Shown here: piece by piece, positions 1 to 10,100 of the stretch | How positions within the stretch are numbered: the stretch's first letter is position 1 | Layout: every line of letters begins with the position of its first letter | Assembly: GCA_964014485.1 (NCBI GenBank) | Contig: CAXHAT010000052.1 | Coordinates: 1-42,173, forward strand | DNA length: 42,173 bases | Origin: an uncultured Deferribacteres bacterium | GTDB taxonomy: Bacteria > Zhuqueibacterota > Zhuqueibacteria > Zhuqueibacterales > Geothermadaptataceae | Direction: 5' to 3' | The notes under the pieces: model-generated | What the model was told of the DNA's origin: nothing | What the model saw: only the letters and a program-made list of their open reading frames with translations | Databases searched by the model: none | Program-made: the position numbers and the translations under genes

Positions 1-184
1 AGAATATTTAATATATTGTTTATCATAGAGTTGAGAAAGCTACGGATGGACACTAAGTAATAACTGATGTTACGCACTCTTGAAAATTTCTCAAGCAGCA
101 CCAGGTGAAAGTCGCTTTTACGTCATTCCCGCGCAGGCGGGAATCCAGTCAATCGTGCGCAGCCCTTGGATTCCCGCCTGCGCG

Positions 185-464
185 CACGCACGATAAAAAG
201 GTTGTGGATAACTTGTACCTTGTCCCGGAGGGACATTCGAAAATAGCCAGCCAATTCATTGGCTGGACTGAAGTTACGCCTGATTTCCATGAAGTCCCGT
301 AAGGGACGATTGAAGTTCGGCATCGTGTAAAAATCTCAGCCGTCCCTGCCGGGACTTCACTCGAAAAAACGGCTGATCCCTCTCCCGCCAGTCAACTGGC
401 GGGCTATTCTCGACCGTCCCTCCGGGACTGATTTGAGTTATCCACATTCTTTTTATCGCGCGTG
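185..464. mobile_element. MITE family C inserted in a REP palindrome
   Basis: 29-bp TIRs CACGCACGATAAAAAGGTTGTGGATAACT (185-213) and AGTTATCCACATTCTTTTTATCGCGCGTG (436-464), 3 mismatches; perfect 10-bp direct repeat CGCCTGCGCG at 175-184 and 465-474. Confidence 0.85.
222..428. repeat. REP-like palindromic cluster (GTCCC-N3/4-GGGAC family), innermost layer
   Basis: GTCCCGGAGGGAC (222-234), GTCCCGTAAGGGAC, GTCCCTGCCGGGAC and GTCCCTCCGGGAC (416-428), plus CCAGCCAATTCATTGGCTGG and CCCGCCAGTCAACTGGCGGG hairpins, arranged as a large inverted repeat. Confidence 0.75.
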
Positions 465-595
465 CGCCTGCGCGGGAATGACGTAAAAGCAACGCTTTCC
501 TGGTGCTGCTTGAGAAATTTCCAAGAGTGCGCAGCATCAATTAATAAATACTGACGTATCACAATTTTCTCACCACCGGACAATTTTGGGAATGT

Positions 596-1606
596 TCAAA
601 CTTCCACCGGCGCGCCGCCTCGTCTCGCGGACGCTTGAATGGCATCCCATAATCCCGCCATACGCAGCCCGACCTCGGGCGGAGACGGGTTTTCGATTTC
701 CCCTGCTCGCACCAGTTGAAACTGTTCCCAAACGCCCCGTGACTTTGGCACAGGTACCGGCTCCAAACGATCACGTCCTTCGAGTTGCACTTCCAGAAAC
801 TTTCCCCAGGCGCCAGTGCGGAGAATGCCCTTGGTGCAAAAAACACGAATGTCTGAAGCGCAGGAAGGAATGGTGTTGCCGCAACCCGTCAATGTCACCA
901 ATGCGCCGGACTTGAGCCTGCCGATAACCGCCGCCAGAATTTCAACCGTGCGACCTTGCCTGTCCGTCCAGGCGCAAACTTCTTCAAAATCTTTGCCCGC
1001 AAGGTCTGAAACGGTGTTTAGCATATGCGCGCCGGAATCGAACAAAAATCCGCCGCCGGAATGCTCCAGTTGCTGCCGCCAGGTGCCGTCGGAAAGCGTC
1101 GCCCAGTTTTGCCAGATCGAAGCGTTGATGTTCAATACCGTGCCCAGCTCGCCTGATTGCAGCATTCTCGTCGCTTTTCTCACTTCCTGTGACAAGCTGC
1201 CTTGAAAGGCAACGACAAGATGTTTTTGGGTGTTGTCGCGAACTTCAATTAAACTCCGGGCTTCGTGCGCCGTCATAACCATAGGTTTCTCAAGAAGAAC
1301 GTCAAGATCGGCTTCAAGACATGCTTTCGCTTGGTCGTGGTGGACGGCATGCGGCGTGATAATGAAAACAGCGTCCAGATTTTTTGCAAAATCGTTGAGG
1401 AGTTTTTCCAAAATCGGTTCATTTGGCGGAACGTCTCTGCCCGCTCTTTGGAATATCTTGCTCATTTCGGCATAGGCTTCTTCCGAAGGATCGCAGACAA
1501 CGGGGAACTCCGTCTTTGGGAAATGCTGTAAAATGTGCGTGACATGATGCCGCGCCATCAGGCCGCAGCCCAAGAGTGCGGCTCGGATGGAAGGTTCTTT
1601 TGTCAT
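596..1606 (-). CDS. Gfo/Idh/MocA family NAD(P)-dependent oxidoreductase
   Basis: N-terminal Rossmann GCGLMA, EKP motif (LLEKPM), GGG..D.G.H ([11 protein letters not shown]). Confidence 0.92.
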   Translation of the reverse strand: MTKEPSIRAALLGCGLMARHHVTHILQHFPKTEFPVVCDPSEEAYAEMSKIFQRAGRDVPPNEPILEKLLNDFAKNLDAVFIITPHAVHHDQAKACLEADLDVLLEKPMVMTAHEARSLIEVRDNTQKHLVVAFQGSLSQEVRKATRMLQSGELGTVLNINASIWQNWATLSDGTWRQQLEHSGGGFLFDSGAHMLNTVSDLAGKDFEEVCAWTDRQGRTVEILAAVIGRLKSGALVTLTGCGNTIPSCASDIRVFCTKGILRTGAWGKFLEVQLEGRDRLEPVPVPKSRGVWEQFQLVRAGEIENPSPPEVGLRMAGLWDAIQASARRGGAPVEV

Positions 1607-1955
1607 GGTTGAATTCAGTTTTGAGGTTCAGGTGCTTTTGGCTGCTTGCGAACACCGTCGGCGGGCGGTGAAGAAGGCTTTACGAACCCGCGAATCTAAA
1701 GAAATCGCCGCCTTGAACAAGCGATTTTCAACAAAAGGGCTGGTAAACTTTTTCTGGAATTTATGTTTCGGTCACGTTATATTTTGCCTTGTTTGACGAC
1801 TACAAAAAAATAAGTGAGACACGATTTGCTTACAAGCGCATCGCCTTGATGAACTTAACGCTCGCCGCCGATCTTGTTGCAAGACAAGCTTCCCTTTGCT
1901 ATCCCAAAAAAATAATTCTGAACCGGATAATCGAATTTTCTGGAGGAGTATAAAT

Positions 1956-4631
1956 ATGTTGCGTTCCCAAATCACAAGACGTTTTGGGTTAATTATCGCT
2001 GTTCTATTTGTCGTTTCGCCGCTCTGGGCGAACACAGGAAAATTTGCCGGAAAAGTCGTGGACAGACAATCCGGCGAAGCATTGCCTGGGGTCAATATTA
2101 TCGTCGACGGCACAAATCGCGGCGCCGCAACGGACAACAACGGCGAATACGTGATCCTGAATATCCCTCCGGGTGACTATACGCTGCGCGCTTCGTTTAT
2201 CGGCTACGCAACCCAGCGCGTTGAAAATTTGCGCATCAGCATCGGCAACACGACGCGGCAGGATTTCTCCATGTCACAAGAGGCGGTTGCCGGCGAGGAA
2301 GTCGTCATCGTTGCTGAACGGCCGTTGGTACAAAAAGATTTAACTGCTTCGCAGAAAGTCACAACGGCGGCGGAAATCAAGGATTTGCCGGTGGAATCGT
2401 TTTTCGGCGTTGTGACGACCCAGGCGGGTGTAAACACTGGCGCCGGTGGTGAAATCCACATCCGCGGCGGACGCACCAACGAAATCGGTTACTACATCGA
2501 CGGGGTTTCCGTTTCCAACCCGTTTTTTACCAACAGCCTCGCGACCAACGTTTCGAACAAAGCGTTGGAAGAATTGAAAGTTGTCAGCGGCGCGTTTAAC
2601 GCTGAGTACGGCAATGCGATGAGCGGCATTATCAATCTTTCACTGAAAGAAGGCGGGCGCGATTATCACGGCAGTTTTTCCGCCTACACCGGCGATTATA
2701 TTTCCAATGCAAATGACGTTTTCACCAATATCGATGATCGCGATCCGTTTTCCAGCCACGTTTTTGAAGGTGCGCTGAACGGCCCTATTCCCGGAATGGG
2801 CAACAAATTGACTTTCAATTTGAGCGGCCGCTACTCTGATCGCGAAGGCTATCACTACGGCATTCGCCAGCATCTGCCGAGCGATTCGGCCAATTTTGCA
2901 GGTGATGATTGGTATATTGAACTTTCCGGCGACAGCGCTTTCGTTCCGATGAACCCGCGAACCGATTTTAATTGGGTTAGCAAATTGACTTGGCGATTGG
3001 CTCCGAATTTCAAGGTTTCGGCTCAAATGCTGTATGATCGCGGAAGATGGCAAAACTATTCCCATGCCTACAAATTCAATCCTGACGGCAGGTACCATCT
3101 GCGCGACGACAACTACAACTATTCTCTCAAAATTAACCACGCTTTCACGAAAAGCTTTTATGAGGCGCACGTTTTTCTCAGTACGACGGACTTTCGACAA
3201 TTCGTTTTTGAAAACGAAAACGATCCGCGCTACGTGCCGACGAGCCGTCAAATCGGCGAGCCGAGTTCGCCGCATTTTGTTTTTAGCGGCACGCAAATGG
3301 GGCGTTCATTTCGTGAATCTGAATCACGAGGCTTCAAAATTGATTATACTGCACAATTGCATCCGCGCCATGAAGTTAAAACCGGCGTGAGTGTAAGGCA
3401 CGACAATTTGCAGGAAAGAAACGCGACGGTGCTCTACGACAATATTTTCTTCCGCGCACCGACCGTGCTGCCGGAAAACGAATCGCCGACGCATACTTTC
3501 TACGACCGCGACATCACTTACATTTCTGGCTATATTCAAGACAAAATCGAATACAACAGCTTCATCGTCAACGCCGGCGTCCGCTTCGACCGCTACGATC
3601 CTAATTCAAGCTATCCCGTCAACTTACTCGATCCGGAAGGGGAGCAAGTTCCAGCGACGATTAAGCAACGCGTTTCCCCGCGCCTCGGCGTCGCATTCCC
3701 GATTACCGATACCGGCATCTTGCATTTTTCCTACGGTCATTTTTACCAAATGCCGACCTTGCGCCGTCTTTACCAAACGTCAATTTTCGGCGCAGGCAAT
3801 ACGCCGACTCTTGGCTATTCCAATCTTAACCCTGAAAAAACAGTCAATTACGAATTTGGCCTGCAGCAGCAGTTCGGCGATTTCATGGCGCTCGAGTTGA
3901 GCGTGTTCAGCAAAGACATTCGCGACCTGCTGGCGCTGCAAACCATCCGCTATGAATCGGCGCGATTTGGCCCGAGCACTTACAACGTTTATTTGAACAA
4001 AGATTACGGTTCGGTGCGCGGTTTCACTTTGAGTCTCAACAAACGCTACGATCAAACCTCAAAACTGCAAGCGTGGCTGGATTATACCTTCCAAACGACT
4101 GACGGCAACGACGTCCGCTCAGGCTCATTTTTCTTCAGCGCTCTTTCCGGCATTGAAGAAGAAAAGCGCATCGTGCCTCTCGGCTGGGATCAAACGCACG
4201 TGTTGAATGCGACTGTCACTTTGAGCGAGCCCCGTAACTGGAGTGTAAGTTTCATCGGTTCGGCAAGCAGCGGCTGGCCTCACACGCCGAATATCCCCTT
4301 CGCCAACTACGTCCCAGACGCCAACAGCGGGCGCAAGCCGTGGCAATTGGGCATTGACATGAACGCTTCGAAAAGTTTTAATATTGGACGCTACAGTTTT
4401 GTCGGCTTTGTGCGCGTATTCAATTTGTTGGATCGCCGCAACGAGCGCTTTGTGTTCGATGATACCGGGAGTGCGGCCTACACTTTCGTCAATCGCAGTA
4501 GTCAGGAAACGCGGGAGTTTATCAGCCATTACGGCGAGCCTGGCGTTCACACCTGGAGCGAGTACCAGGTTCGTCCGACTTACTACACCGCGCCCAGACT
4601 TGTACGCGGCGGGATGAGTTTTGAGTTTTAA
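1956..4631 (+). CDS. TonB-dependent receptor with N-terminal carboxypeptidase-regulatory-like domain
   Basis: GGAGGAG RBS before ATG 1956; signal peptide; GKVVD..GEALPGVNI domain; plug motifs HIRGGR, YYIDG, GAFNAEYG; NLNPEK; C-terminal Phe (GMSFEF). Confidence 0.93.
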   Translation: MLRSQITRRFGLIIAVLFVVSPLWANTGKFAGKVVDRQSGEALPGVNIIVDGTNRGAATDNNGEYVILNIPPGDYTLRASFIGYATQRVENLRISIGNTTRQDFSMSQEAVAGEEVVIVAERPLVQKDLTASQKVTTAAEIKDLPVESFFGVVTTQAGVNTGAGGEIHIRGGRTNEIGYYIDGVSVSNPFFTNSLATNVSNKALEELKVVSGAFNAEYGNAMSGIINLSLKEGGRDYHGSFSAYTGDYISNANDVFTNIDDRDPFSSHVFEGALNGPIPGMGNKLTFNLSGRYSDREGYHYGIRQHLPSDSANFAGDDWYIELSGDSAFVPMNPRTDFNWVSKLTWRLAPNFKVSAQMLYDRGRWQNYSHAYKFNPDGRYHLRDDNYNYSLKINHAFTKSFYEAHVFLSTTDFRQFVFENENDPRYVPTSRQIGEPSSPHFVFSGTQMGRSFRESESRGFKIDYTAQLHPRHEVKTGVSVRHDNLQERNATVLYDNIFFRAPTVLPENESPTHTFYDRDITYISGYIQDKIEYNSFIVNAGVRFDRYDPNSSYPVNLLDPEGEQVPATIKQRVSPRLGVAFPITDTGILHFSYGHFYQMPTLRRLYQTSIFGAGNTPTLGYSNLNPEKTVNYEFGLQQQFGDFMALELSVFSKDIRDLLALQTIRYESARFGPSTYNVYLNKDYGSVRGFTLSLNKRYDQTSKLQAWLDYTFQTTDGNDVRSGSFFFSALSGIEEEKRIVPLGWDQTHVLNATVTLSEPRNWSVSFIGSASSGWPHTPNIPFANYVPDANSGRKPWQLGIDMNASKSFNIGRYSFVGFVRVFNLLDRRNERFVFDDTGSAAYTFVNRSSQETREFISHYGEPGVHTWSEYQVRPTYYTAPRLVRGGMSFEF

Positions 4632-4718
4632 AGACAGGCTGAAGGTTTTTAGGCGGCAGGCTGTTAGCAAAATTAAGAGAGTTCAACATCCTGTCATGCA
4701 TATATCAAGGACTTGAGT

Positions 4719-5006
4719 ATGGCAAAGTATGCGAAGGTTTTGGTTGACAAAAACGCTTTATTGACGGTGCAGGAAAGCATCGGGATTGGCAAGCAGATTT
4801 TAGAACGAAAACTCACGGCCTATCAAGCAAAGCTTGCACGCTTCGAGCAAGCGAACGATATGAAGACCGCGACGTTCAGCGATTTATTTAACAAAGGTCA
4901 ATTGGGAGACAAGAAAGATTGGCTGAAGTGGGACCATTACGCCAACGCTGTAAATCTTCTTGAAAAAAAGATAGCTGATCTCGAAGGCGTGAAATATGAA
5001 TCTTGA
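4719..5006 (+). CDS. Putative antitoxin (TumA-like) upstream of a DUF6516 gene
   Basis: Small helical protein (FEQANDMKTATF..FNKGQLGD..DWLKW) overlapping the downstream DUF6516 start; AAGGA before ATG 4719. Confidence 0.6.
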   Translation: MAKYAKVLVDKNALLTVQESIGIGKQILERKLTAYQAKLARFEQANDMKTATFSDLFNKGQLGDKKDWLKWDHYANAVNLLEKKIADLEGVKYES

Positions 5007-5373
5007 TCTGCGTCTTCAGGATATTTTGATTGCCTGCAAGATAGCGGATTGGTACAGCACCGACATTACGACGGATTACGATCTCGACTTATCTCTAGGA
5101 GTTTTGTTTGCTGATGGAAAGATCGCCTTCTACGACGGCTCCGTTCTTGAATTTACGGAATCGATTTCTCCCGACCGGTTCAAATATCGCTATCACTATA
5201 TGGACGGCGACGGAAAGTTAATCTTTCGTTATGATAACGTTCCGCATCATCGCGAAATTGCCAGCTTCCCGGATCATAAGCACTATCCTGGTAAAATCGT
5301 GGAAAGCGAGCCTGTAAATTTGAGACAAGTTGTTGAAGAAATAATAAACATTCTTGTTGATGAAAACAGTTAA
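4996..5373 (+). CDS. tumE: DUF6516 / TumE-family toxin
   Basis: Signature KYRYHY...IFRYDNVPHH...FPDHKH of DUF6516. Confidence 0.78.
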   Translation: MNLDLRLQDILIACKIADWYSTDITTDYDLDLSLGVLFADGKIAFYDGSVLEFTESISPDRFKYRYHYMDGDGKLIFRYDNVPHHREIASFPDHKHYPGKIVESEPVNLRQVVEEIINILVDENS

Positions 5374-5376
5374 AAC

Positions 5377-5613
5377 ATGATTATGTGGACTGATCCGATC
5401 ATCGAAGAAATTCATAAAGTCCGCCAGGAACATGCGGCTAAATTTGAGTATGATTTGCTCGCAATCGTGCGAAATTATCAAAAGCGCCAAAAACTCAGCG
5501 GGAAGAAAGTGATTTCATTTGCGAAAAAGAGCAGTGAAATACGGAATATTGAGCCTAAGCTCGAGAAAATCAAAATTGATGCGCCTGAAGAATTCGCCGC
5601 CAAACAGGATTAA
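5377..5613 (+). CDS. Small hypothetical protein, antitoxin-like (no adjacent toxin)
   Basis: MWTDPIIEEIHKVRQEHAAKFEYDL resembles small proteins found beside PIN toxins; 3 nt after the tumE stop. Confidence 0.55.
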   Translation: MIMWTDPIIEEIHKVRQEHAAKFEYDLLAIVRNYQKRQKLSGKKVISFAKKSSEIRNIEPKLEKIKIDAPEEFAAKQD

Positions 5614-5648
5614 CATGCTCGTGGAAAAGAACCTGTTTTGAAGAACCA

Positions 5649-5682
5649 TGACAGAACAATTTTTTAGTTCGTTGTTCTGTCA
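5649..5682. repeat. Short intergenic hairpin
   Basis: TGACAGAACAA (5649-5659) / TTGTTCTGTCA (5672-5682), perfect 11-bp stem. Confidence 0.6.
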
Positions 5683-5730
5683 CAAAAGCGCCGCCTGAAA
5701 TATTTGAGACGAGATCAAATGGGGCGGCCC

Positions 5731-5961
5731 ATGCTGACGTATAAAGAAAAATTACTCAACGAGATTTCGCAGTTAGATGACGCGCAGATGAGGAAGTTTT
5801 ATCATTTCTTTCAGGTGCTCAAAAAGGAGTTTCTTTCCGCCCCGGAAGGCGATTGGCAAAAAGAACTGCGAAATATCTCTGTCTGGAAAGATGATAATTT
5901 TGACGAAATAGCGGAAGGGTTTAAGAATTGGCAGATCAGAGAATTTTCGATCCGACCTTAA
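5731..5961 (+). CDS. Small hypothetical protein, VapB/DUF2281-like antitoxin candidate
   Basis: MLTYKEKLLNEISQLDDAQMRKFYHF resembles the DUF2281-type N-terminus; lies in a TA cluster. Confidence 0.5.
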   Translation: MLTYKEKLLNEISQLDDAQMRKFYHFFQVLKKEFLSAPEGDWQKELRNISVWKDDNFDEIAEGFKNWQIREFSIRP

Positions 5962-6031
5962 TGTCATTTGTTACTTCTCCAGAGAGCAATTTGTGAAGAG
6001 TTCTACCCTCGCCAGCTTAGACTGATAAATT

Positions 6032-7072
6032 ATGTATGAATTTTATGTTGGTTTCTATACTCATAAGCCCTTTTGGGCTGGGATAAATATCATTGAAACT
6101 TTACCCTATCCGAATTGGGAACAAGAATTTACAGAACTAATGGGTGAGGTTGTATATGAACACGAAACAGCCGACTACAATCTCAAAATATGTCGCGACG
6201 GTCTGTTTCTGTTTCAACATTCTCAGTTTTCAGACCTGACGAAAGATAAACCAGTGGGTTTGTTAGAAGCTCAAGAGTTATCAAAAATCTGGGCTGACAT
6301 GTTGGTTTACTTAAATGCTATTTTGATCCTTTTTGAATCGGCTTTTTTGAACGTTCAGAAAGAAAGATATTTTGATCATCTAGAGATAACCATTAAAGAT
6401 GCGTTTAGTGTTACATTTTCGGATGATGGACTTGCAGGTTTTACTATCCCTAAATTAAGCCTAGCTAGTCATTTACAAACAGCTCGTTTTCTCACAACTT
6501 TTAACAAAGATGTGCCTCTTGAGTTAGATAGTCGAATTGACAAACGAACTGTTGTTAGCAAAGCTGTATTTGACAAGCTATTTCGCGAGTTTGAGATAGC
6601 TTTCCACAATAAACGAATGATCCATGCTTTGGCAAAGCTCGCAAAAAGCTTGGGCGAATACAAATCTGCAAATTATGATACATCTCTCATCATTTCATGG
6701 TTTATCATCGAAGCTACTATAAACGATCAATGGGAAGCTTGGTTAAAAGCTCAAAATATCGAGTATAGCAATGGTAGTAAGCGAATAAATAGAAAAAGAT
6801 TAGAATTTCTCACAGGCCGTGAGTTTTCAATCAGTATAATTTCAAACATCCTTGAACTAACGGAAAACTTGCCTTACGAATTGTTTGTACAAATCGACAA
6901 AATAAGAAATTCTCGGAATAAAATTGTGCATAGCAATAGAGAATACCAGCCCAATATCTGTGATTCTGAAACAAGCGCGTCGGCATTAGATGTTGTTAGG
7001 CAACTGATAGGCTCTCAACTGGATTTCGAGATTGACTTGAACACTTTTCTCTTAGTCCCAGCTATTGGCTAA
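6032..7072 (+). CDS. HEPN-domain protein (ApeA/RiboL-PSP-like architecture), putative RNase or defence effector
   Basis: C-terminal R-x4-H motif (RNKIVH) preceded by a SW..IE helix; DNA visibly AT-richer than the flanks. Confidence 0.65.
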   Translation: MYEFYVGFYTHKPFWAGINIIETLPYPNWEQEFTELMGEVVYEHETADYNLKICRDGLFLFQHSQFSDLTKDKPVGLLEAQELSKIWADMLVYLNAILILFESAFLNVQKERYFDHLEITIKDAFSVTFSDDGLAGFTIPKLSLASHLQTARFLTTFNKDVPLELDSRIDKRTVVSKAVFDKLFREFEIAFHNKRMIHALAKLAKSLGEYKSANYDTSLIISWFIIEATINDQWEAWLKAQNIEYSNGSKRINRKRLEFLTGREFSISIISNILELTENLPYELFVQIDKIRNSRNKIVHSNREYQPNICDSETSASALDVVRQLIGSQLDFEIDLNTFLLVPAIG

Positions 7073-7159
7073 ATAAACTGTTTAGCCAAGTGCTTAATGT
7101 ATCAATATCTTCTTTAGCATGGGCATTTAAGAGTTACCCATAAACCCCAGAGGAATCTC

Positions 7160-10100
7160 ATGTTTCGTCACAATCGAATGAAGTTTTCGATTTACGTTTT
7201 TGTCGCTTTGCTTTACGCGGGAGCGGCGTTTTGGGCTTTTGCCGGAGAGTCCGGCGAGGAAAATGATAAGCCCAAGCGCGGTTCGGCGGCATGGTACAAG
7301 AACGGGCCGCAGAAGGACTGGTCTCGCGGCGATCACGACAAGTATTACAATTGGCGCGAAAAGGTGTACAAGCGCGTACGCGACCGTCTGGCGAAGCGTT
7401 CACCGCTGAATGACGATCAGGTGTTGCGTCGCCAGCGCGCTATCATCAACGGCAACAAAATCATCACCGAGATCACCAATTTCGGCTCGATTTCCAGTCC
7501 CGGCAACCGCACGACGGATATCGTCTGGGAGGGCTTGGGTTACGGCTATGAATTCGGTCCGTTCATCATCACCGAGGTCGAGGTTCCGGCGGAGAGCCAC
7601 ATTGACGCCTACATGGACACAACTGCCGACGGCCAGCCTGTGTTGGACTCCGACGGCAATCCCATTTGGAAAACGATTATCATCAGTGACGGACTGGTTT
7701 CCAACGGCGGCGAAGTTGCGCCGGATTTGAGTGAGTTCTGGGGCTGGGAGCCGCTGGCGTTCAACGATCAAGGCGTTCCATTTGCTGATCCGTTGAACGA
7801 AAGAATCCCCACGAGCAACGATCTCGACCGTGACGGCGACGGCAAGCCGGACAGTTGGCCGGAAGGGTGGTACAATCCAAATATCAAAAGATATGTCTGG
7901 CCGGGCGCATTGCGACAAGGGGCAAGCAACGCCGATCTCGAATCGTTTTTTGTGGTCGATGACCGCACCAACCGCGAATTCGAATATTACCCGTTTCCTC
8001 ATGATTCGTCGCGCAAGGGGCTTGGGATCGAGATCGAGTGCCGCTACTATCAGTGGGCGAATCCGCTCGCTGAAGACATGATTTTTCTGGTGTATAAAAT
8101 TACCAACAAAAGCCCAAAGGATTTAAAAGACGTTTTCTTCGGCATGTGGGGCGATCCGCACGTTGGCGGCCCGAGCAACTGGCAGGACGACTTGGCGGAT
8201 TTTGACATCGAAAAAAACATGGTGTTTGCCTGGGATGAGGACGGCCGCAGTGACGTTGCTGGGCGAACGCCGGGTTATTTCGGCTACAAATTTCTTGAAA
8301 GCCCCGGCAATCCGGACGACGGCATCGACAATGACGGCGACGGCCTCGTCGACGAAAGTCAATTCAACGGCATTGACGACGACGGCGATTGGGATCCGGA
8401 ATTTGATGACGTCGGGCAGGACGGCGTGGCGAACACCGGCGATTTGGGTGAAGGCGACGGCGTGCCGACTGCGGGAGACCAGTTTGACATTCGCCGCCCC
8501 GGCGAGCCGAATTTTGAGACCACCGATCTTGATGAATCCGACCAAAACGGCCTAACCAGTTTTGCGGCGCCTCCTTTCGCGGGCAATCGCATCTCTGATG
8601 ATCACAAGATTTTCACCCAGTACATGCAGCCCGGTGAATTTGACACATTAAACGCGATCACCGCCGGGGACAACATTTTTCTCTACGGTTCGGGCCCGAT
8701 TAACCTGAACGCCGGAGCAAGCCGTCGTTTTTCCATCGCGTTGATTATTGGCGAAGATCGTCAAGACCTTTCTCAAAACGCCGATATTGCTCAGCAAATT
8801 TTCGAATCGAACTACCAATTTGCTAAGCCGCCGGAAAAGCCAACGGTCACGGCAGTGCCCGGAGATCGAAAAGTCACGCTTTATTGGGATCAAAAAGCGG
8901 AGACGGAGACGTTTGATCCGCTGTCCCGATCCAACGATTTTGAAGGCTACGTCATCTATCGCAGCACTGACCCGAATTTTCTCGACCAACAGACGATCAC
9001 CGATGCGGGCGGCGCTGGATTTCTGCTCGAGCCGCTTAAAACTGTCAACGGCGCTCCAGCGAAATGGGATTTGGATAATGAATTCGAAGGATTGGCGGCG
9101 GTGCCGTTTAAGCCGCAGGGCGTTTTTTACAATCTTGGCAGCAACACCGGCTTGCAGCATTCCTTCGTCGATTCCAACAATGTGATTAACGGGCAGACGT
9201 ATTATTACGCCGTCGTTTCGTACGATCACGGCTTTGACAGCGACAGTCTGAAAAACCCGCCGACGGAATGCTCGCGAACAATCACGATTAATCCGGAAAC
9301 CAACGAAGTGCTCCTCGATATTAACACCGTTGAAGTTATTCCGGGCGTACAAGCCGCCGGCTATCAGGCCGGAGGGTTGGATGAAGCGGGGATTGCACAA
9401 ACCGCCGGCGTGGGCACCGGAACGGTAAACATTGATATCATCGACCCCGATAAACTTGAAGAAGGCAACGAGTTTCGCGTCTCGTTTTTGGAAGACCCGA
9501 CGCGCTACACGGTCGAAGATTTGACTCCGCAGATTAAATCGCTGGAGGCGAACGTCGATCAATTTGTTCTGCTGAATGAAAATATCAACGAAAGCGGTTT
9601 TTCACTGACGGCGGGCAATGGCGGCGCGACATATACGCGCGACGTTGATTACGAACTTGATCCTGTCGCCGGATTTTTGCGCGTCATCCCCGGCGGCGCC
9701 ATCTCGGAAGACGATCCGATTATCGCGACTTACACTTATTTCCCAGTGTTGGAAAGCCAATTGTTGAACAATGAAGAAGCGAACCCGATTTTTGACGGTA
9801 TGAAGATTTTCGTCGAAGATCAGGAACTCGATCTCGACGAAGAACGGACGGGTTGGGTCGCTGGAAGCCAGGCGAATGTCGAAGTGCCTGTAAAACCATT
9901 CAATAATCTGGCGCGCAACCGCGTTCCGGCGGATTATGAAGTGCGCTTTTCATCGGAATTGGTGGACAGCAGCAGCCAGACGCGACGCGGCTATATCAAA
10001 ACCAATTTTCAGGTTTTTGATGTCACGAAAGGCCGCATGCCGACCCGTCAGCGCATCGTCATCGTTGAGAACAGCGCCACGCGCGACAGTTTGTGGAATC

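Larger units (their letters stand above)
64..540. mobile_element. MITE family A copy 1 (non-autonomous, carries a REP doublet and nested elements)
   Basis: Ends CTGATGTTACGCACTCTT ... AAGAGTGCGCAGCATCAA with ~55-bp inverted arms; flanks GTAATAA (57-63) and TTAATAA (541-547), a 6/7 target duplication; central GTCATTCCCGCGCAGGCGGGAATCCAG-type REP pair. Confidence 0.8.

Noticed and set aside
36..56. AAGCTACGGATGGACACTAA, possibly the right end of another miniature element
   Set aside because: No partner TIR or second copy in the window; the contig edge prevents verification.
203..446. oriC suggested by DnaA boxes
   Set aside because: Only two boxes, both inside MITE TIRs; no dnaA/dnaN context or box cluster.
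122..482. CRISPR array suggested by recurring palindromic repeats
   Set aside because: The repeats are inverted pairs dispersed through the window, not direct repeats with regular unique spacers; no cas genes.
105..540. Short ORFs 105-302, 123-323 and 274-540, and similar ones at 14482-14812, 25804-26121, 30437-30709 and 35068-35535
   Set aside because: They are translations of REP/MITE DNA (recurrent SFPRRRES, VIPAQAGIQ, KKDASSMTIPA peptides), not genes.
4632..7159. Canonical integron cassette array or pdif modules
   Set aside because: No intI gene, no convincing RYYYAAC..GTTRRRY attC between these genes, and no XerC/D dif-like 28-mers found by eye.
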